A DNA stretch of 40,977 bases from IMG/VR virus record IMGVR_UViG_2563366910_000001; one strand, 5' to 3'. Positions within the stretch are counted from its first letter, which is position 1, and every line of letters starts with the position of its first letter. Positions 28,250 to 38,335 of this stretch are shown piece after piece. Position numbers and translations under genes: made by a program. The notes under the pieces are model-generated. The model was not told the origin of the DNA. It ran no database searches and saw only the letters and a program-made list of their open reading frames with translations. Source of the stretch: a virus. Its lineage: Duplodnaviria > Heunggongvirae > Uroviricota > Caudoviricetes.

Positions 28250-28990
28250 ATGCCAACACCAAATCCTCTGGCACCGGTGAAAGGGGCCGGAACCACACTG
28301 TGGGTTTATAACGGGAGCGGCGACCCTTATGCAAACCCGCTTTCAGACAATGACTGGTCGCGTCTGGCAAAAATTAAAGACCTGACGCCCGGCGAACTGA
28401 CCGCTGAGTCCTATGACGACAGTTATCTCGATGATGAAGATGCGGACTGGACCGCGACCGGGCAGGGGCAGAAATCCGCCGGAGATACCAGCTTCACGCT
28501 GGCGTGGATGCCCGGAGAGCAGGGGCAGCAGGCGCTGCTGGCGTGGTTTAATGAAGGTGATACCCGTGCCTATAAAATCCGCTTCCCGAACGGCACGGTC
28601 GATGTGTTCCGTGGCTGGGTCAGCAGTATCGGTAAGGCGGTGACGGCGAAGGAAGTGATCACCCGTACGGTGAAGGTCACCAATGTGGGCCGTCCGTCAA
28701 TGGCAGAAGATCGCAGTACGGTGACGGCGGCAACCGGTATGACCGTGACGCCTGCCAGCTCCTCGGTGGTGAAAGGGCAGAGCACCACGCTGACCGTGGC
28801 CTTCCAGCCGGAGGGCGCAACTGACAAGAGCTTCCGTGCGGTGTCAGCGGATAAAACAAAAGCCACCGTGTCGGTCAGTGGTATGACCATCACCGTGAAC
28901 GGCGTTGCTGCAGGCAAGGTCAACATTCCGGTTGTATCCGGTAATGGTGAACTTGCTGCGGTTGCAGAAATCACTGTCACCGACAGTTAA
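28250..28990 (+). CDS. V: Major tail tube protein V
   Basis: Near-identical to recalled lambda V, including the C-terminal Ig-like domain. ATG at 28250 with GAGGA upstream. Confidence 0.92.
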   Translation: MPTPNPLAPVKGAGTTLWVYNGSGDPYANPLSDNDWSRLAKIKDLTPGELTAESYDDSYLDDEDADWTATGQGQKSAGDTSFTLAWMPGEQGQQALLAWFNEGDTRAYKIRFPNGTVDVFRGWVSSIGKAVTAKEVITRTVKVTNVGRPSMAEDRSTVTAATGMTVTPASSSVVKGQSTTLTVAFQPEGATDKSFRAVSADKTKATVSVSGMTITVNGVAAGKVNIPVVSGNGELAAVAEITVTDS

Positions 28991-29005
28991 TCCGGAGAGT
29001 CAGCG

Positions 29006-29428
29006 ATGTTCCTGAAAACCGAATCATTTGAACATAACGGCGTGACCGTCACGCTTTCTGAACTGTCAGCCCTGCAGCGTATTGAGCATCTCGCCCTGAT
29101 GAAACAGCAGGCAGAACAGGCGGAGTCAGACAGCAACCGGCAGGTTACTGTGGAAGACGCCATCAGAACCGGTGCTTTTGTGGTGGCGATGTCCCTGTGG
29201 CATAACCATCCGCAGAAGACAAAGCAGCCTTCCATGAATGAAGCCGTTAAACAGATTGAGCAGGAAGTGCTTACCACCTGGCCCGCGGAGGCAATTTCTC
29301 ATGCTGAAAACGTGGTGTACCGGCTGTCCGGTATGTATGGGTTTGTGGTGAATGATGCCCCTGACCAGGCAGAGGACTCCGGGCCTGCAGAGCCTGTTTC
29401 TGCGGGAAAGTGTTCGACGGTGAGCTGA
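29006..29428 (+). CDS. G: Tail assembly chaperone G
   Basis: 140-aa protein matching recalled lambda G. Ends just after the GGGAAAG slippery site. Confidence 0.85.
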   Translation: MFLKTESFEHNGVTVTLSELSALQRIEHLALMKQQAEQAESDSNRQVTVEDAIRTGAFVVAMSLWHNHPQKTKQPSMNEAVKQIEQEVLTTWPAEAISHAENVVYRLSGMYGFVVNDAPDQAEDSGPAEPVSAGKCSTVS

Positions 29429-29844
29429 GTTTTGCCCTGAAACTGGCGCGAGAGATGGGGCGACCTGACTGGCGCGCCATGCTTGCCGGGATGTCATCCA
29501 CGGAGTATGCCGACTGGCACCGCTTTTACAGTACCCATTATTTTCATGATGTTCTGCTGGATATGCACTTTTCCGGGCTGACGTACACTGTGCTCAGCCT
29601 GTTTTTCAGCGATCCGGATATGCATCCGCTGGATTTCAGTTTGCTGAACCGGCGTGAGGATGACGAAGAGCCTGAAGATGATGTGCTGATGCAGAAAGCG
29701 GCAGGGCTTACCGGAGGCGTCCGCTTTGACCCGGACGGAAATGAAGTTATCCCCGCTTCCCCGGATATGGCGGGCATGACGGAGGATGACGTAATGCTGA
29801 TGACAGTATCAGAAGGGATCGCAGGAGGAGTCCGGTATGGCTGA
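29410..29844 (+). CDS. T: Tail assembly protein T (expressed as G-T fusion via -1 frameshift)
   Basis: ORF in the -1 frame relative to G with no start codon of its own. Slippery heptamer G GGA AAG at 29404-29410 is in the correct register, as in lambda. Confidence 0.8.
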   Translation: MFDGELSFALKLAREMGRPDWRAMLAGMSSTEYADWHRFYSTHYFHDVLLDMHFSGLTYTVLSLFFSDPDMHPLDFSLLNRREDDEEPEDDVLMQKAAGLTGGVRFDPDGNEVIPASPDMAGMTEDDVMLMTVSEGIAGGVRYG

Positions 29845-32398
29845 ACCGGTAGGCGATCTGGTCGTTGATTTAAGTCTGGATGCGGCCAGATTTGACGAGC
29901 AGATGGCCAGAGTCAGGCGTCATTTTTCCGGTACGGAAAGTGATGCGAAAAAAACAGCGGCAGTCGTTGAACAGTCGCTGAGCCGACAGGCGCTGGCTGC
30001 ACAGAAAGCGGGGATTTCCGTCGGGCAGTATAAAGCCGCCATGCGTATGCTGCCTGCACAGTTCACCGACGTGGCCACGCAGCTTGCAGGCGGGCAAAGC
30101 CCGTGGCTGATCCTGCTGCAACAGGGTGGTCAGGTTAAGGACTCCTTCGGCGGGATGATCCCCATGTTCCGGGGGCTTGCCGGTGCGATCACCCTGCCGA
30201 TGGTCGGGGCCACCTCGCTGGCGGTGGCGACCGGTGCGCTGGCGTATGCCTGGTATCAGGGTAACTCAACCCTGTCCGATTTCAACAAAACGCTGGTCCT
30301 TTCCGGCAATCAGTCGGGTCTGACGGCAGATCGTATGCTGGTCCTGTCCAGAGCCGGGCAGGCGGCAGGGCTGACGTTTAACCAGACCAGCGAGTCACTC
30401 AGCGCACTGGTTAAGGCGGGAGTAAGCGGTGAGGCTCAGATTGCATCCATCAGCCAGAGTGTGGCGCGTTTCTCCTCTGCATCCGGCGTGGAGGTGGACA
30501 AGGTCGCTGAAGCCTTCGGGAAGCTGACCACTGACCCGACGTCGGGGCTGACGGCGATGGCGCGCCAGTTCCATAACGTAACGGCGGAGCAGATTGCGTA
30601 TGTTGCTCAGTTGCAGCGTTCCGGCGATGAATCCGGGGCATTGCAGGCGGCGAACGAGGCCGCAACGAAAGGGTTTGATGACCAGACCCGACGCCTGAAA
30701 GAGAACATGGGCACGCTGGAAACCTGGGCAGACAGGACAGCACGGGCATTCAAATCCATGTGGGATGCGGTGCTGGATATTGGTCGTCCTGATACCGCTC
30801 AGGAGATGCTGATTAAGGCAGAGGCTGCGTTTAAGAAAGCGGACGACATCTGGAATCTGCGCAAGGATGATTATTTTGTTAACGATGAAGCGCGGGCGCG
30901 TTACTGGGATGATCGTGAAAAGGCCCGTCTTGCGCTTGAAGCCGCCCGAAAGAAGGCTGAACAGCAGAGTCAACAGGACAAAAATGCGCAGCAGCAGAGC
31001 GATACCGAAGCATCACGGCTGAAATATACCGAAGAGGCGCAGAAGGCTTACGAACGGCTGCAGACACCGCTGGAGAAATATACCGCCCGTCAGGAAGAAC
31101 TGAACAAGGCACTGAAAGACGGGAAAATCCTGCAGGCAGATTACAACACGCTGATGGCGGCGGCGAAAAAGGATTATGAAGCGACGCTGAAAAAGCCGAA
31201 ACAGTCCGGCGTGAAGGTGTCTGCGGGCGATCGTCAGGAAGACAGTGCTCATGCTGCCCTGCTGACGCTTCAGGCTGAACTCCGGACGCTGGAGAAGCAT
31301 GCCGGAGCAAATGAGAAAATCAGCCAGCAGCGCCGGGATTTGTGGAAGGCGGAGAGTCAGTTCGCGGTACTGGAGGAGGCGGCGCAACGTCGCCAGCTGT
31401 CTGCACAGGAGAAATCCCTGCTGGCGCATAAAGATGAGACGCTGGAGTACAAACGCCAGCTGGCTGCACTTGGCGACAAGGTTACGTATCAGGAGCGCCT
31501 GAACGCGCTGGCGCAGCAGGCGGATAAATTCGCACAGCAGCAACGGGCAAAACGGGCCGCTATTGATGCGAAAAGCCGGGGGCTGACTGACCGGCAGGCA
31601 GAACGGGAAGCCACGGAACAGCGCCTGAAGGAACAGTATGGCGATAATCCTCTGGCGCTGAATAACGTCATGTCAGAGCAGAAAAAGACCTGGGCGGCTG
31701 AAGACCTGCTTCGCGGGAACTGGATGGCAGGCCTGAAGTCCGGCTGGAGTGAGTGGGAAGAGAGTGCCACGGACAGTATGTCGCAGGTTAAAAGTGCTGC
31801 CACGCAGACCTTTGATGGTATTGCGCAGAATATGGCGGCGATGCTGACCGGCAGTGAACAGAACTGGCGCAGCTTCACCCGTTCCGTGCTGTCCATGATG
31901 ACAGAAATTCTGCTTAAGCAGGCAATGGTGGGGATTGTCGGGAGTATCGGCAGCGCTATTGGCGGGGCTGTTGGTGGCGGCGCATCCGCGTCAGGCGGTA
32001 CAGCCATTCAGGCCGCTGCGGCGAAACTCCATTTTGCAACCGGAGGATTTACGGGAACCGGCGGCAAATATGAGCCAGCGGGGATTGTTCACCGTGGTGA
32101 ATTTGTCTTCACGAAGGAGGCAACCAGCCGGATTGGCGTGGGAAATCTCTACCGGCTGATGCGCGGCTATGCCACCGGCGGTTATGTCGGTGGCACCGGA
32201 AGTCCGGCGCAAATGCGGCGTTCAGAGGGTATCAGGTTTGAGCAGAACAACAACGTGGTGATTCAGAACGACGGTACGAATGGTCTGCCAGGTCCACAGA
32301 TGATGAAGGCGGTGTATGACATGGCCCGCAAGGGTGCCCGTGATGAAATCCAGGCACAGATGCGCGATGGTGGTCTGTTCTCCGGAGGTGGACGATGA
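29837..32398 (+). CDS. H: Tail tape measure protein H
   Basis: 853 aa, the same length as lambda gpH and near-identical to it as recalled. Confidence 0.95.
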   Translation: MAEPVGDLVVDLSLDAARFDEQMARVRRHFSGTESDAKKTAAVVEQSLSRQALAAQKAGISVGQYKAAMRMLPAQFTDVATQLAGGQSPWLILLQQGGQVKDSFGGMIPMFRGLAGAITLPMVGATSLAVATGALAYAWYQGNSTLSDFNKTLVLSGNQSGLTADRMLVLSRAGQAAGLTFNQTSESLSALVKAGVSGEAQIASISQSVARFSSASGVEVDKVAEAFGKLTTDPTSGLTAMARQFHNVTAEQIAYVAQLQRSGDESGALQAANEAATKGFDDQTRRLKENMGTLETWADRTARAFKSMWDAVLDIGRPDTAQEMLIKAEAAFKKADDIWNLRKDDYFVNDEARARYWDDREKARLALEAARKKAEQQSQQDKNAQQQSDTEASRLKYTEEAQKAYERLQTPLEKYTARQEELNKALKDGKILQADYNTLMAAAKKDYEATLKKPKQSGVKVSAGDRQEDSAHAALLTLQAELRTLEKHAGANEKISQQRRDLWKAESQFAVLEEAAQRRQLSAQEKSLLAHKDETLEYKRQLAALGDKVTYQERLNALAQQADKFAQQQRAKRAAIDAKSRGLTDRQAEREATEQRLKEQYGDNPLALNNVMSEQKKTWAAEDLLRGNWMAGLKSGWSEWEESATDSMSQVKSAATQTFDGIAQNMAAMLTGSEQNWRSFTRSVLSMMTEILLKQAMVGIVGSIGSAIGGAVGGGASASGGTAIQAAAAKLHFATGGFTGTGGKYEPAGIVHRGEFVFTKEATSRIGVGNLYRLMRGYATGGYVGGTGSPAQMRRSEGIRFEQNNNVVIQNDGTNGLPGPQMMKAVYDMARKGARDEIQAQMRDGGLFSGGGR

Positions 32399-32724
32399 AA
32401 ACCTTCCGCTGGAAAGTGAAACCCGGGATGGATGTGACATCGGCTCCTTCCGTCAGGGAGGTGCGCTTTGGTGATGGCTATTCCCAGCGTGCGCCTGCCG
32501 GGCTGAACGCTGACCTGAAAACGTACAGCGTGACGCTGTCTGTCTCCCGTGAGGAGGCCACGGCGCTGGAGTCGTTTCTGGCTGAGCACGGGGGCTGGAA
32601 GGCCTTTCTGTGGACGCCGCCTTATGGTTACAGGCAGATAAAGGTGACCTGCGCAAAATGGTCGTCGCGGGTCAGTATGCTGCGTGTTGAGTTCAGCGCA
32701 GAGTTTGAACAGGTGGTGAACTGA
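32395..32724 (+). CDS. M: Tail tip protein M
   Basis: 109-aa protein near-identical to recalled lambda M. Confidence 0.9.
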   Translation: MKTFRWKVKPGMDVTSAPSVREVRFGDGYSQRAPAGLNADLKTYSVTLSVSREEATALESFLAEHGGWKAFLWTPPYGYRQIKVTCAKWSSRVSMLRVEFSAEFEQVVN

Positions 32725-33422
32725 TGCAGGATATCCGGCAGGAAACATTGAATGAATGCACCCGTGCGGAGCAGTCGGCCAGCGTGGTGCTCTGGGAAAT
32801 CGATCTGACAGAGGTCGGTGGAGAACGTTATTTTTTCTGTAATGAGCAGAACGAAAAAGGTGAGCCGGTCACCTGGCAGGGGCGACAGTATCAGCCGTAT
32901 CCCATTCAGGGGAGTAGTTTTGAACTGAATGGCAAAGGCACCAGTACGCGCCCCACGCTGACGGTTTCTAACCTGTACGGTATGGTCACCGGGATGGTGG
33001 AAGATCTGCAGAGTCTGGTCGGCGGAACGGTGGTCAGGCGTAAGGTTTACGCCCGTTTTCTGGATGCGGTGAACTTCGTCAACGGAAACAGCGACGCCGA
33101 TCCGGAGCAGGAGGTGATCAGCCGCTGGCGCATCGAGCAGTGCAGCGAACTGAGTGCGGTCAGTGCCTCCTTTGTACTGTCCACACCGACGGAAACGGAT
33201 GGTGCCGTTTTTCCGGGGCGCATCATGCTGGCTAATACCTGCACCTGGACCTATCGCGGTGATGAGTGCGGTTATCACGGTCCGGCGGTCGCGGATGAAT
33301 ATGATCAGCCGACTTCCGATATCACGAAGGATAAATGCAGCAAATGCCTGAGCGGCTGTAAGTTTCGCAATAACGTCGGCAACTTTGGCGGCTTCCTTTC
33401 CATTAACAAACTTTCGCAGTAA
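32724..33422 (+). CDS. L: Tail tip protein L
   Basis: 232-aa protein matching recalled lambda L, including the C-terminal Cys cluster (CSKCLSGC). Confidence 0.9.
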   Translation: MQDIRQETLNECTRAEQSASVVLWEIDLTEVGGERYFFCNEQNEKGEPVTWQGRQYQPYPIQGSSFELNGKGTSTRPTLTVSNLYGMVTGMVEDLQSLVGGTVVRRKVYARFLDAVNFVNGNSDADPEQEVISRWRIEQCSELSAVSASFVLSTPTETDGAVFPGRIMLANTCTWTYRGDECGYHGPAVADEYDQPTSDITKDKCSKCLSGCKFRNNVGNFGGFLSINKLSQ

Positions 33423-33427
33423 ATCCC

Positions 33428-34171
33428 ATGACAGAGACAGAATCAGCGATTCTGGCGCATGCCCGGCGATGTGCGCCAGCGGAGTCGTGCGGCTTCGTGG
33501 TGAGAGCGCCGGAGGGGGAAAGATATTTTCCCTGCGTGAATATCTCCGGTGAGCCGGAGGCGTATTTCCGGATGGCTCCGGAGGACTGGCTGCAGGCAGA
33601 GATGCAGGGTGAGATTGTGGCGCTGGTCCACAGTCATCCCGGTGGTCTGCCCTGGCTGAGTGAGGCCGACCGGCGGCTGCAGGTGCAGAGTGATTTGCCG
33701 TGGTGGCTGGTCTGCCGGGGGGCGATTCATAAGTTCCGCTGTGTGCCGCATCTCACCGGGCGGCGCTTTGAGCACGGGGTGACGGACTGTTACACGCTGT
33801 TCCGGGACGCTTACCATCTGGCGGGGATTGAGATGCCGGACTTTCATCGTGAGGATGACTGGTGGCGTAACGGCCAGAATCTCTATCTTGATAATCTGGA
33901 GGCCACAGGGCTGTATCAGGTGCCGTTGTCAGCGGCGCAGCCGGGCGATGTGCTGCTGTGCTGCTTTGGTTCATCGGTGCCGAATCATGCCGCTATTTAC
34001 TGTGGTGACGGCGAGCTGCTGCACCATATTCCTGAACAACTGAGTAAACGAGAGAGGTATACCGACAAATGGCAGCGACGCACACACTCCCTCTGGCGTC
34101 ACCGGGCATGGCGCGCATCTGCCTTTACGGGGATTTACAACGATTTGGCCGCCGCATCGACCTTCGTGTGA
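33428..34171 (+). CDS. K: Tail tip assembly protein K (MPN/JAMM + NlpC/P60-like domains)
   Basis: HSHP...SxxD JAMM-type motif and a C-terminal NlpC/P60-like region with Cys. The longest ORF is given; an internal start at 33572 would yield the 199 aa I recall for lambda K. Confidence 0.8.
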   Translation: MTETESAILAHARRCAPAESCGFVVRAPEGERYFPCVNISGEPEAYFRMAPEDWLQAEMQGEIVALVHSHPGGLPWLSEADRRLQVQSDLPWWLVCRGAIHKFRCVPHLTGRRFEHGVTDCYTLFRDAYHLAGIEMPDFHREDDWWRNGQNLYLDNLEATGLYQVPLSAAQPGDVLLCCFGSSVPNHAAIYCGDGELLHHIPEQLSKRERYTDKWQRRTHSLWRHRAWRASAFTGIYNDLAAASTFV

Positions 34172-34740
34172 AAACGGGGGCTGAAGCCATCCGCGCACTG
34201 GCCACACAGCTCCCGGTGTTTCGTCAGAAACTGAGCGACGGCTGGTATCAGGTACGGATTGCCGGGCGGGACGTCAGCACGTCCGGGTTAACGGCGCAGT
34301 TACATGAGACTCTGCCTGATGGCGCTGTGATTCATATTGTTCCCAGAGTCGCCGGGGCCAAGTCAGGTGGCGTATTCCAGATTGTCCTGGGGGCTGCCGC
34401 CATTGCCGGATCATTCTTTACCGCCGGAGCCACCCTTGCAGCATGGGGGGCAGCCATTGGGGCCGGTGGTATGACCGGCATCCTGTTTTCTCTCGGTGCC
34501 AGTATGGTGCTCGGTGGTGTGGCGCAGATGCTGGCACCGAAAGCCAGAACTCCCCGTACACAGACAACGGATAACGGCAAACAGAACACCTATTTCTCCT
34601 CACTGGATAACATGGTTGCCCAGGGCAATGTTCTGCCGGTTCTGTACGGTGAAATGCGCGTGGGGTCACGCGTGGTTTCTCAGGAGATCAGCACGGCAGA
34701 CGAAGGGGATGGTGGTCAGGTTGTGGTGATTGGTCGCTGA
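34069..34740 (+). CDS. I: Tail tip assembly protein I
   Basis: 223-aa ORF with a Gly/Ala-rich hydrophobic C-terminal region, as in lambda I. Overlaps the K 3' end; an alternative start lies at 34108. Confidence 0.8.
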   Translation: MAATHTLPLASPGMARICLYGDLQRFGRRIDLRVKTGAEAIRALATQLPVFRQKLSDGWYQVRIAGRDVSTSGLTAQLHETLPDGAVIHIVPRVAGAKSGGVFQIVLGAAAIAGSFFTAGATLAAWGAAIGAGGMTGILFSLGASMVLGGVAQMLAPKARTPRTQTTDNGKQNTYFSSLDNMVAQGNVLPVLYGEMRVGSRVVSQEISTADEGDGGQVVVIGR

Positions 34741-34800
34741 TGCAAAATGTTTTATGTGAAACCGCCTCCGGGCGGTTTTATCGTTTATGGAGCATGAGGA

Positions 34801-37800
34801 ATGGGTAAAGGCAGCAGTAAGGGGCATACCCCGCGCGAAGCGAAGGACAACCTGAAATCATCCCAGATGCTGAGCGTGATAGACGCCATCAGCGAAGGGC
34901 CGGTTGAAGGTCCGGTGGATGGATTAAAAAGCGTGCTGCTGAACAGTACGCCGGTGCTGGACAGTGAGGGGAATACCAATATATTCGGCGTCACGGTGGT
35001 GTTCCGGGCCGGTGAGCAGGAGCAGACACCGCCGGAGGGATTTGAATCCTCCGGCTCCGAGACGGTGCTCGGTACAGAAGTGAAATATGACACGCCGATC
35101 ACCCGGACCATCACGTCGGCAAACATTGACCGTCTGCGTTTTACTTTCGGCGTGCAGGCACTGGTGGAAACCACCTCAAAGGGGGACAGGAATCCATCGG
35201 AAGTCCGCCTGCTGGTTCAGATTCAACGTAACGGTGGCTGGGTGACGGAAAAAGACATCACCATTAAGGGCAAAACCACGTCGCAGTATCTGGCCTCGGT
35301 GGTGGTGGATAACCTGCCGCCGCGCCCGTTTAATATCCGGATGCGCAGGATGACGCCGGACAGCACCACAGACCAGTTGCAGAACAAAACGCTCTGGTCG
35401 TCATACACCGAAATCATCGATGTGAAACAGTGCTACCCGAACACGGCACTGGTCGGCGTACAGGTGGACTCGGAGCAGTTCGGCAGCCAGCAGGTGAGCC
35501 GTAATTATCATCTTCGCGGGCGCATTCTGCAGGTGCCGTCGAACTATAACCCGCAGACGCGGCAATACAGCGGTATCTGGGACGGAACGTTTAAGCCAGC
35601 ATACAGCAACAACATGGCCTGGTGTCTGTGGGATATGCTGACCCATCCGCGCTACGGCATGGGGAAACGTCTTGGTGCGGCAGATGTGGATAAATGGGCG
35701 CTGTATGTCATCGGCCAGAATTGCGACCAGTCAGTGCCGGACGGCTTTGGCGGCACGGAGCCGCGCATCACCTGTAATGCGTACCTGACCACACAGCGCA
35801 AGGCGTGGGATGTGCTCAGTGATTTTTGCTCGGCGATGCGCTGTATGCCGGTATGGAACGGGCAGACGCTGACATTCGTGCAGGACCGACCGTCGGATAA
35901 GGTGTGGACCTATAACCGCAGTAATGTGGTGATGCCGGATGATGGCGCGCCGTTCCGCTACAGCTTCAGCGCCCTGAAAGACCGCCATAATGCCGTTGAG
36001 GTGAACTGGATTGACCCGGATAACGGCTGGGAGACGGCGACAGAGCTTGTGGAGGACACGCAGGCCATTGCCCGTTACGGTCGTAACGTCACGAAGATGG
36101 ATGCCTTTGGCTGTACCAGCCGGGGGCAGGCACACCGCGCCGGGCTGTGGCTGATTAAAACGGAGCTGCTGGAAACGCAGACCGTGGACTTCAGCGTGGG
36201 TGCAGAAGGGCTTCGCCATGTACCGGGCGATGTCATTGAAATCTGTGATGATGACTATGCGGGGATCAGCATCGGCGGGCGCGTGCTGGCGGTGAACAAC
36301 CAGACGCGGACACTGACGCTCGACCGTGAAATCACGCTGCCATCCTCCGGCACCACGCTGATAAGCCTGGCTGACGGACAGGGGAATCCGGTCAGCGTGG
36401 AGGTCCAGTCCGTCACCGACGGCGTGAAGGTAAAAGTGAGCCGTGTTCCTGACGGCGTTGCAGAATACAGCGTGTGGGGGCTGAAGTTGCCAACGTTGCG
36501 CCAGCGCCTGTTCCGCTGTGTGAGTATCCGTGAGAACGATGACGGCACGTATGCCATCACTGCCGTGCAGCATGTACCGGAAAAAGAGGCCATCGTGGAT
36601 AACGGGGCGCACTTTGACGGCGACCAGAGCGGCACGGTGAATGGTGTCACGCCGCCAGCGGTGCAGCACCTGACTGCCGAAGTCACCGCAGACAGCGGGG
36701 AATATCAGGTGCTGGCGCGCTGGGACACGCCGAAGGTGGTGAAGGGGGTGAGCTTTATGCTTCGCCTGACCGTGGCAGCGGATGACGGCAGTGAGCGGCT
36801 GGTCAGCACGGCCCGGACGACGGAAACCACATACCGCTTCAGGCAACTGGCGCTGGGGAACTACAGGCTGACAGTCCGGGCGGTAAATGCGTGGGGGCAG
36901 CAGGGCGATCCGGCATCGGTATCGTTCCGGATTGCCGCACCGGCAGCGCCGTCGCAGATTGAGCTGACACCGGGGTATTTTCAGATAACCGCCACGCCGC
37001 ATCTTGCGGTTTATGATCCGACGGTACAGTTTGAGTTCTGGTTCTCGGAAAAGCGGATTGCGGATATCAGGCAGGTTGAAACCACAGCACGCTATCTTGG
37101 CACGGCGCTGTACTGGATAGCCGCCAGTATCAATATCAAACCGGGCCATGATTATTATTTTTACATCCGCAGTGTGAACACCGTTGGCAAATCGGCATTT
37201 GTGGAGGCTGTTGGCCAGCCGAGTGATGATGCATCCGGCTATCTGAATTTTTTCAAAGGAGAGATAGGGAAAACCCATCTGGCTCAGGAGTTGTGGACGC
37301 AGATTGATAACGGTCAGCTTGCGCCTGACCTGGCTGAAATCAGGACGTCCATTACGGGTGTCAGCAATGAAATCACGCAGACCGTCAATAAGAAACTGGA
37401 AGACCAGAGTGCAGCGATCCAGCAGATACAGAAGGTTCAGGTTGATACAAATAATAACCTGAACAGCATGTGGGCTGTGAAGCTGCAGCAGATGCAGGAC
37501 GGACGCCTTTATATCGCGGGTATTGGTGCCGGTGTTGAGAATACTCCTGACGGTATGCAGAGTCAGGTGCTGCTGGCGGCGGACAGGATTGCGATGATTA
37601 ATCCTGCGAATGGCAACACAAAGCCGATGTTTGTTGGGCAGGGCGATCAGATATTCATGAACGAAGTGTTCCTGAAATATCTGACGGCTCCCACCATTAC
37701 CAGCGGTGGCAATCCCCCAACGTTTTCACTGACACCTGATGGTCGACTTTCTGCGAAAAATGCGGATATCAGCGGTAACGTGAACGCGAACTCCGGGACG

Positions 37801-38277
37801 CTCAACAACGTCACGATTAATCAGAACTGTCGGATTCTGGGAAAACTGTCAGCTAACCAGATTGAAGGTGATATTGTCAAAACGGTGGGAAAAGCCTTTC
37901 CGAGAAATGGCAGTTATGCCAGCGGTACAATAACGGTCACTGTGTACGATGACCAGGCTTTTGACCGTCAGATAGTAGTCCCCCCCGTTCTGTTTCGTGG
38001 GGGTAAGCATGAAAACTTCAACAGCAACAACCAACAGTCATACTGGTATTCAACCTGTAAGCTGCAGGTACTGAAGAACGGACAGGAAATCTTTCAGCAA
38101 CCCGCGACGGATGTCAGCAGGGTATTTTCATCAGTCATTGATATGCCTGCCGGACACGGCCATGTCACCCTGACTTTCAATGTTTCTTCATATGGTGCTA
38201 ATAACTGGACGCCAACGACCAGTATCAGCGACCTTCTTGTTGTTGTGATGAAGAAATCTACAGCCGGTATCAGTTGA
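34801..38277 (+). CDS. J: Central tail fibre / host specificity protein J
   Basis: 1158-aa ORF. The N-terminal ~900 aa closely follow recalled lambda J; the C-terminal ~250 aa differ. Confidence 0.95.
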   Translation: MGKGSSKGHTPREAKDNLKSSQMLSVIDAISEGPVEGPVDGLKSVLLNSTPVLDSEGNTNIFGVTVVFRAGEQEQTPPEGFESSGSETVLGTEVKYDTPITRTITSANIDRLRFTFGVQALVETTSKGDRNPSEVRLLVQIQRNGGWVTEKDITIKGKTTSQYLASVVVDNLPPRPFNIRMRRMTPDSTTDQLQNKTLWSSYTEIIDVKQCYPNTALVGVQVDSEQFGSQQVSRNYHLRGRILQVPSNYNPQTRQYSGIWDGTFKPAYSNNMAWCLWDMLTHPRYGMGKRLGAADVDKWALYVIGQNCDQSVPDGFGGTEPRITCNAYLTTQRKAWDVLSDFCSAMRCMPVWNGQTLTFVQDRPSDKVWTYNRSNVVMPDDGAPFRYSFSALKDRHNAVEVNWIDPDNGWETATELVEDTQAIARYGRNVTKMDAFGCTSRGQAHRAGLWLIKTELLETQTVDFSVGAEGLRHVPGDVIEICDDDYAGISIGGRVLAVNNQTRTLTLDREITLPSSGTTLISLADGQGNPVSVEVQSVTDGVKVKVSRVPDGVAEYSVWGLKLPTLRQRLFRCVSIRENDDGTYAITAVQHVPEKEAIVDNGAHFDGDQSGTVNGVTPPAVQHLTAEVTADSGEYQVLARWDTPKVVKGVSFMLRLTVAADDGSERLVSTARTTETTYRFRQLALGNYRLTVRAVNAWGQQGDPASVSFRIAAPAAPSQIELTPGYFQITATPHLAVYDPTVQFEFWFSEKRIADIRQVETTARYLGTALYWIAASINIKPGHDYYFYIRSVNTVGKSAFVEAVGQPSDDASGYLNFFKGEIGKTHLAQELWTQIDNGQLAPDLAEIRTSITGVSNEITQTVNKKLEDQSAAIQQIQKVQVDTNNNLNSMWAVKLQQMQDGRLYIAGIGAGVENTPDGMQSQVLLAADRIAMINPANGNTKPMFVGQGDQIFMNEVFLKYLTAPTITSGGNPPTFSLTPDGRLSAKNADISGNVNANSGTLNNVTINQNCRILGKLSANQIEGDIVKTVGKAFPRNGSYASGTITVTVYDDQAFDRQIVVPPVLFRGGKHENFNSNNQQSYWYSTCKLQVLKNGQEIFQQPATDVSRVFSSVIDMPAGHGHVTLTFNVSSYGANNWTPTTSISDLLVVVMKKSTAGIS

Positions 38278-38295
38278 ATTTTATAACCCAGATAC

Positions 38296-38324
38296 GGGCG
38301 CCAGAAATGGCGCCTTTTTTATTT
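38296..38324 (+). terminator. Rho-independent terminator after J
   Basis: GGGCGCC-agaaat-GGCGCC hairpin followed by TTTTTTATTT, 19 nt after the J stop. Confidence 0.6.
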
Positions 38325-38335
38325 GTGGAGTGAAT

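Noticed and set aside
30395-32007. Several minus-strand ORFs (192, 176, 172 aa) inside the tape measure gene H
   Set aside because: All antisense to H, which matches lambda H along its full length; Arg/Leu/Gln-rich artefactual translations.
35731-37278. 515-aa minus-strand ORF inside the J gene
   Set aside because: Entirely antisense to a coding region that is near-identical to lambda J. Its Arg/Pro/His-rich low-complexity translation is typical of the reverse frame of GC-rich coding DNA; no start context.
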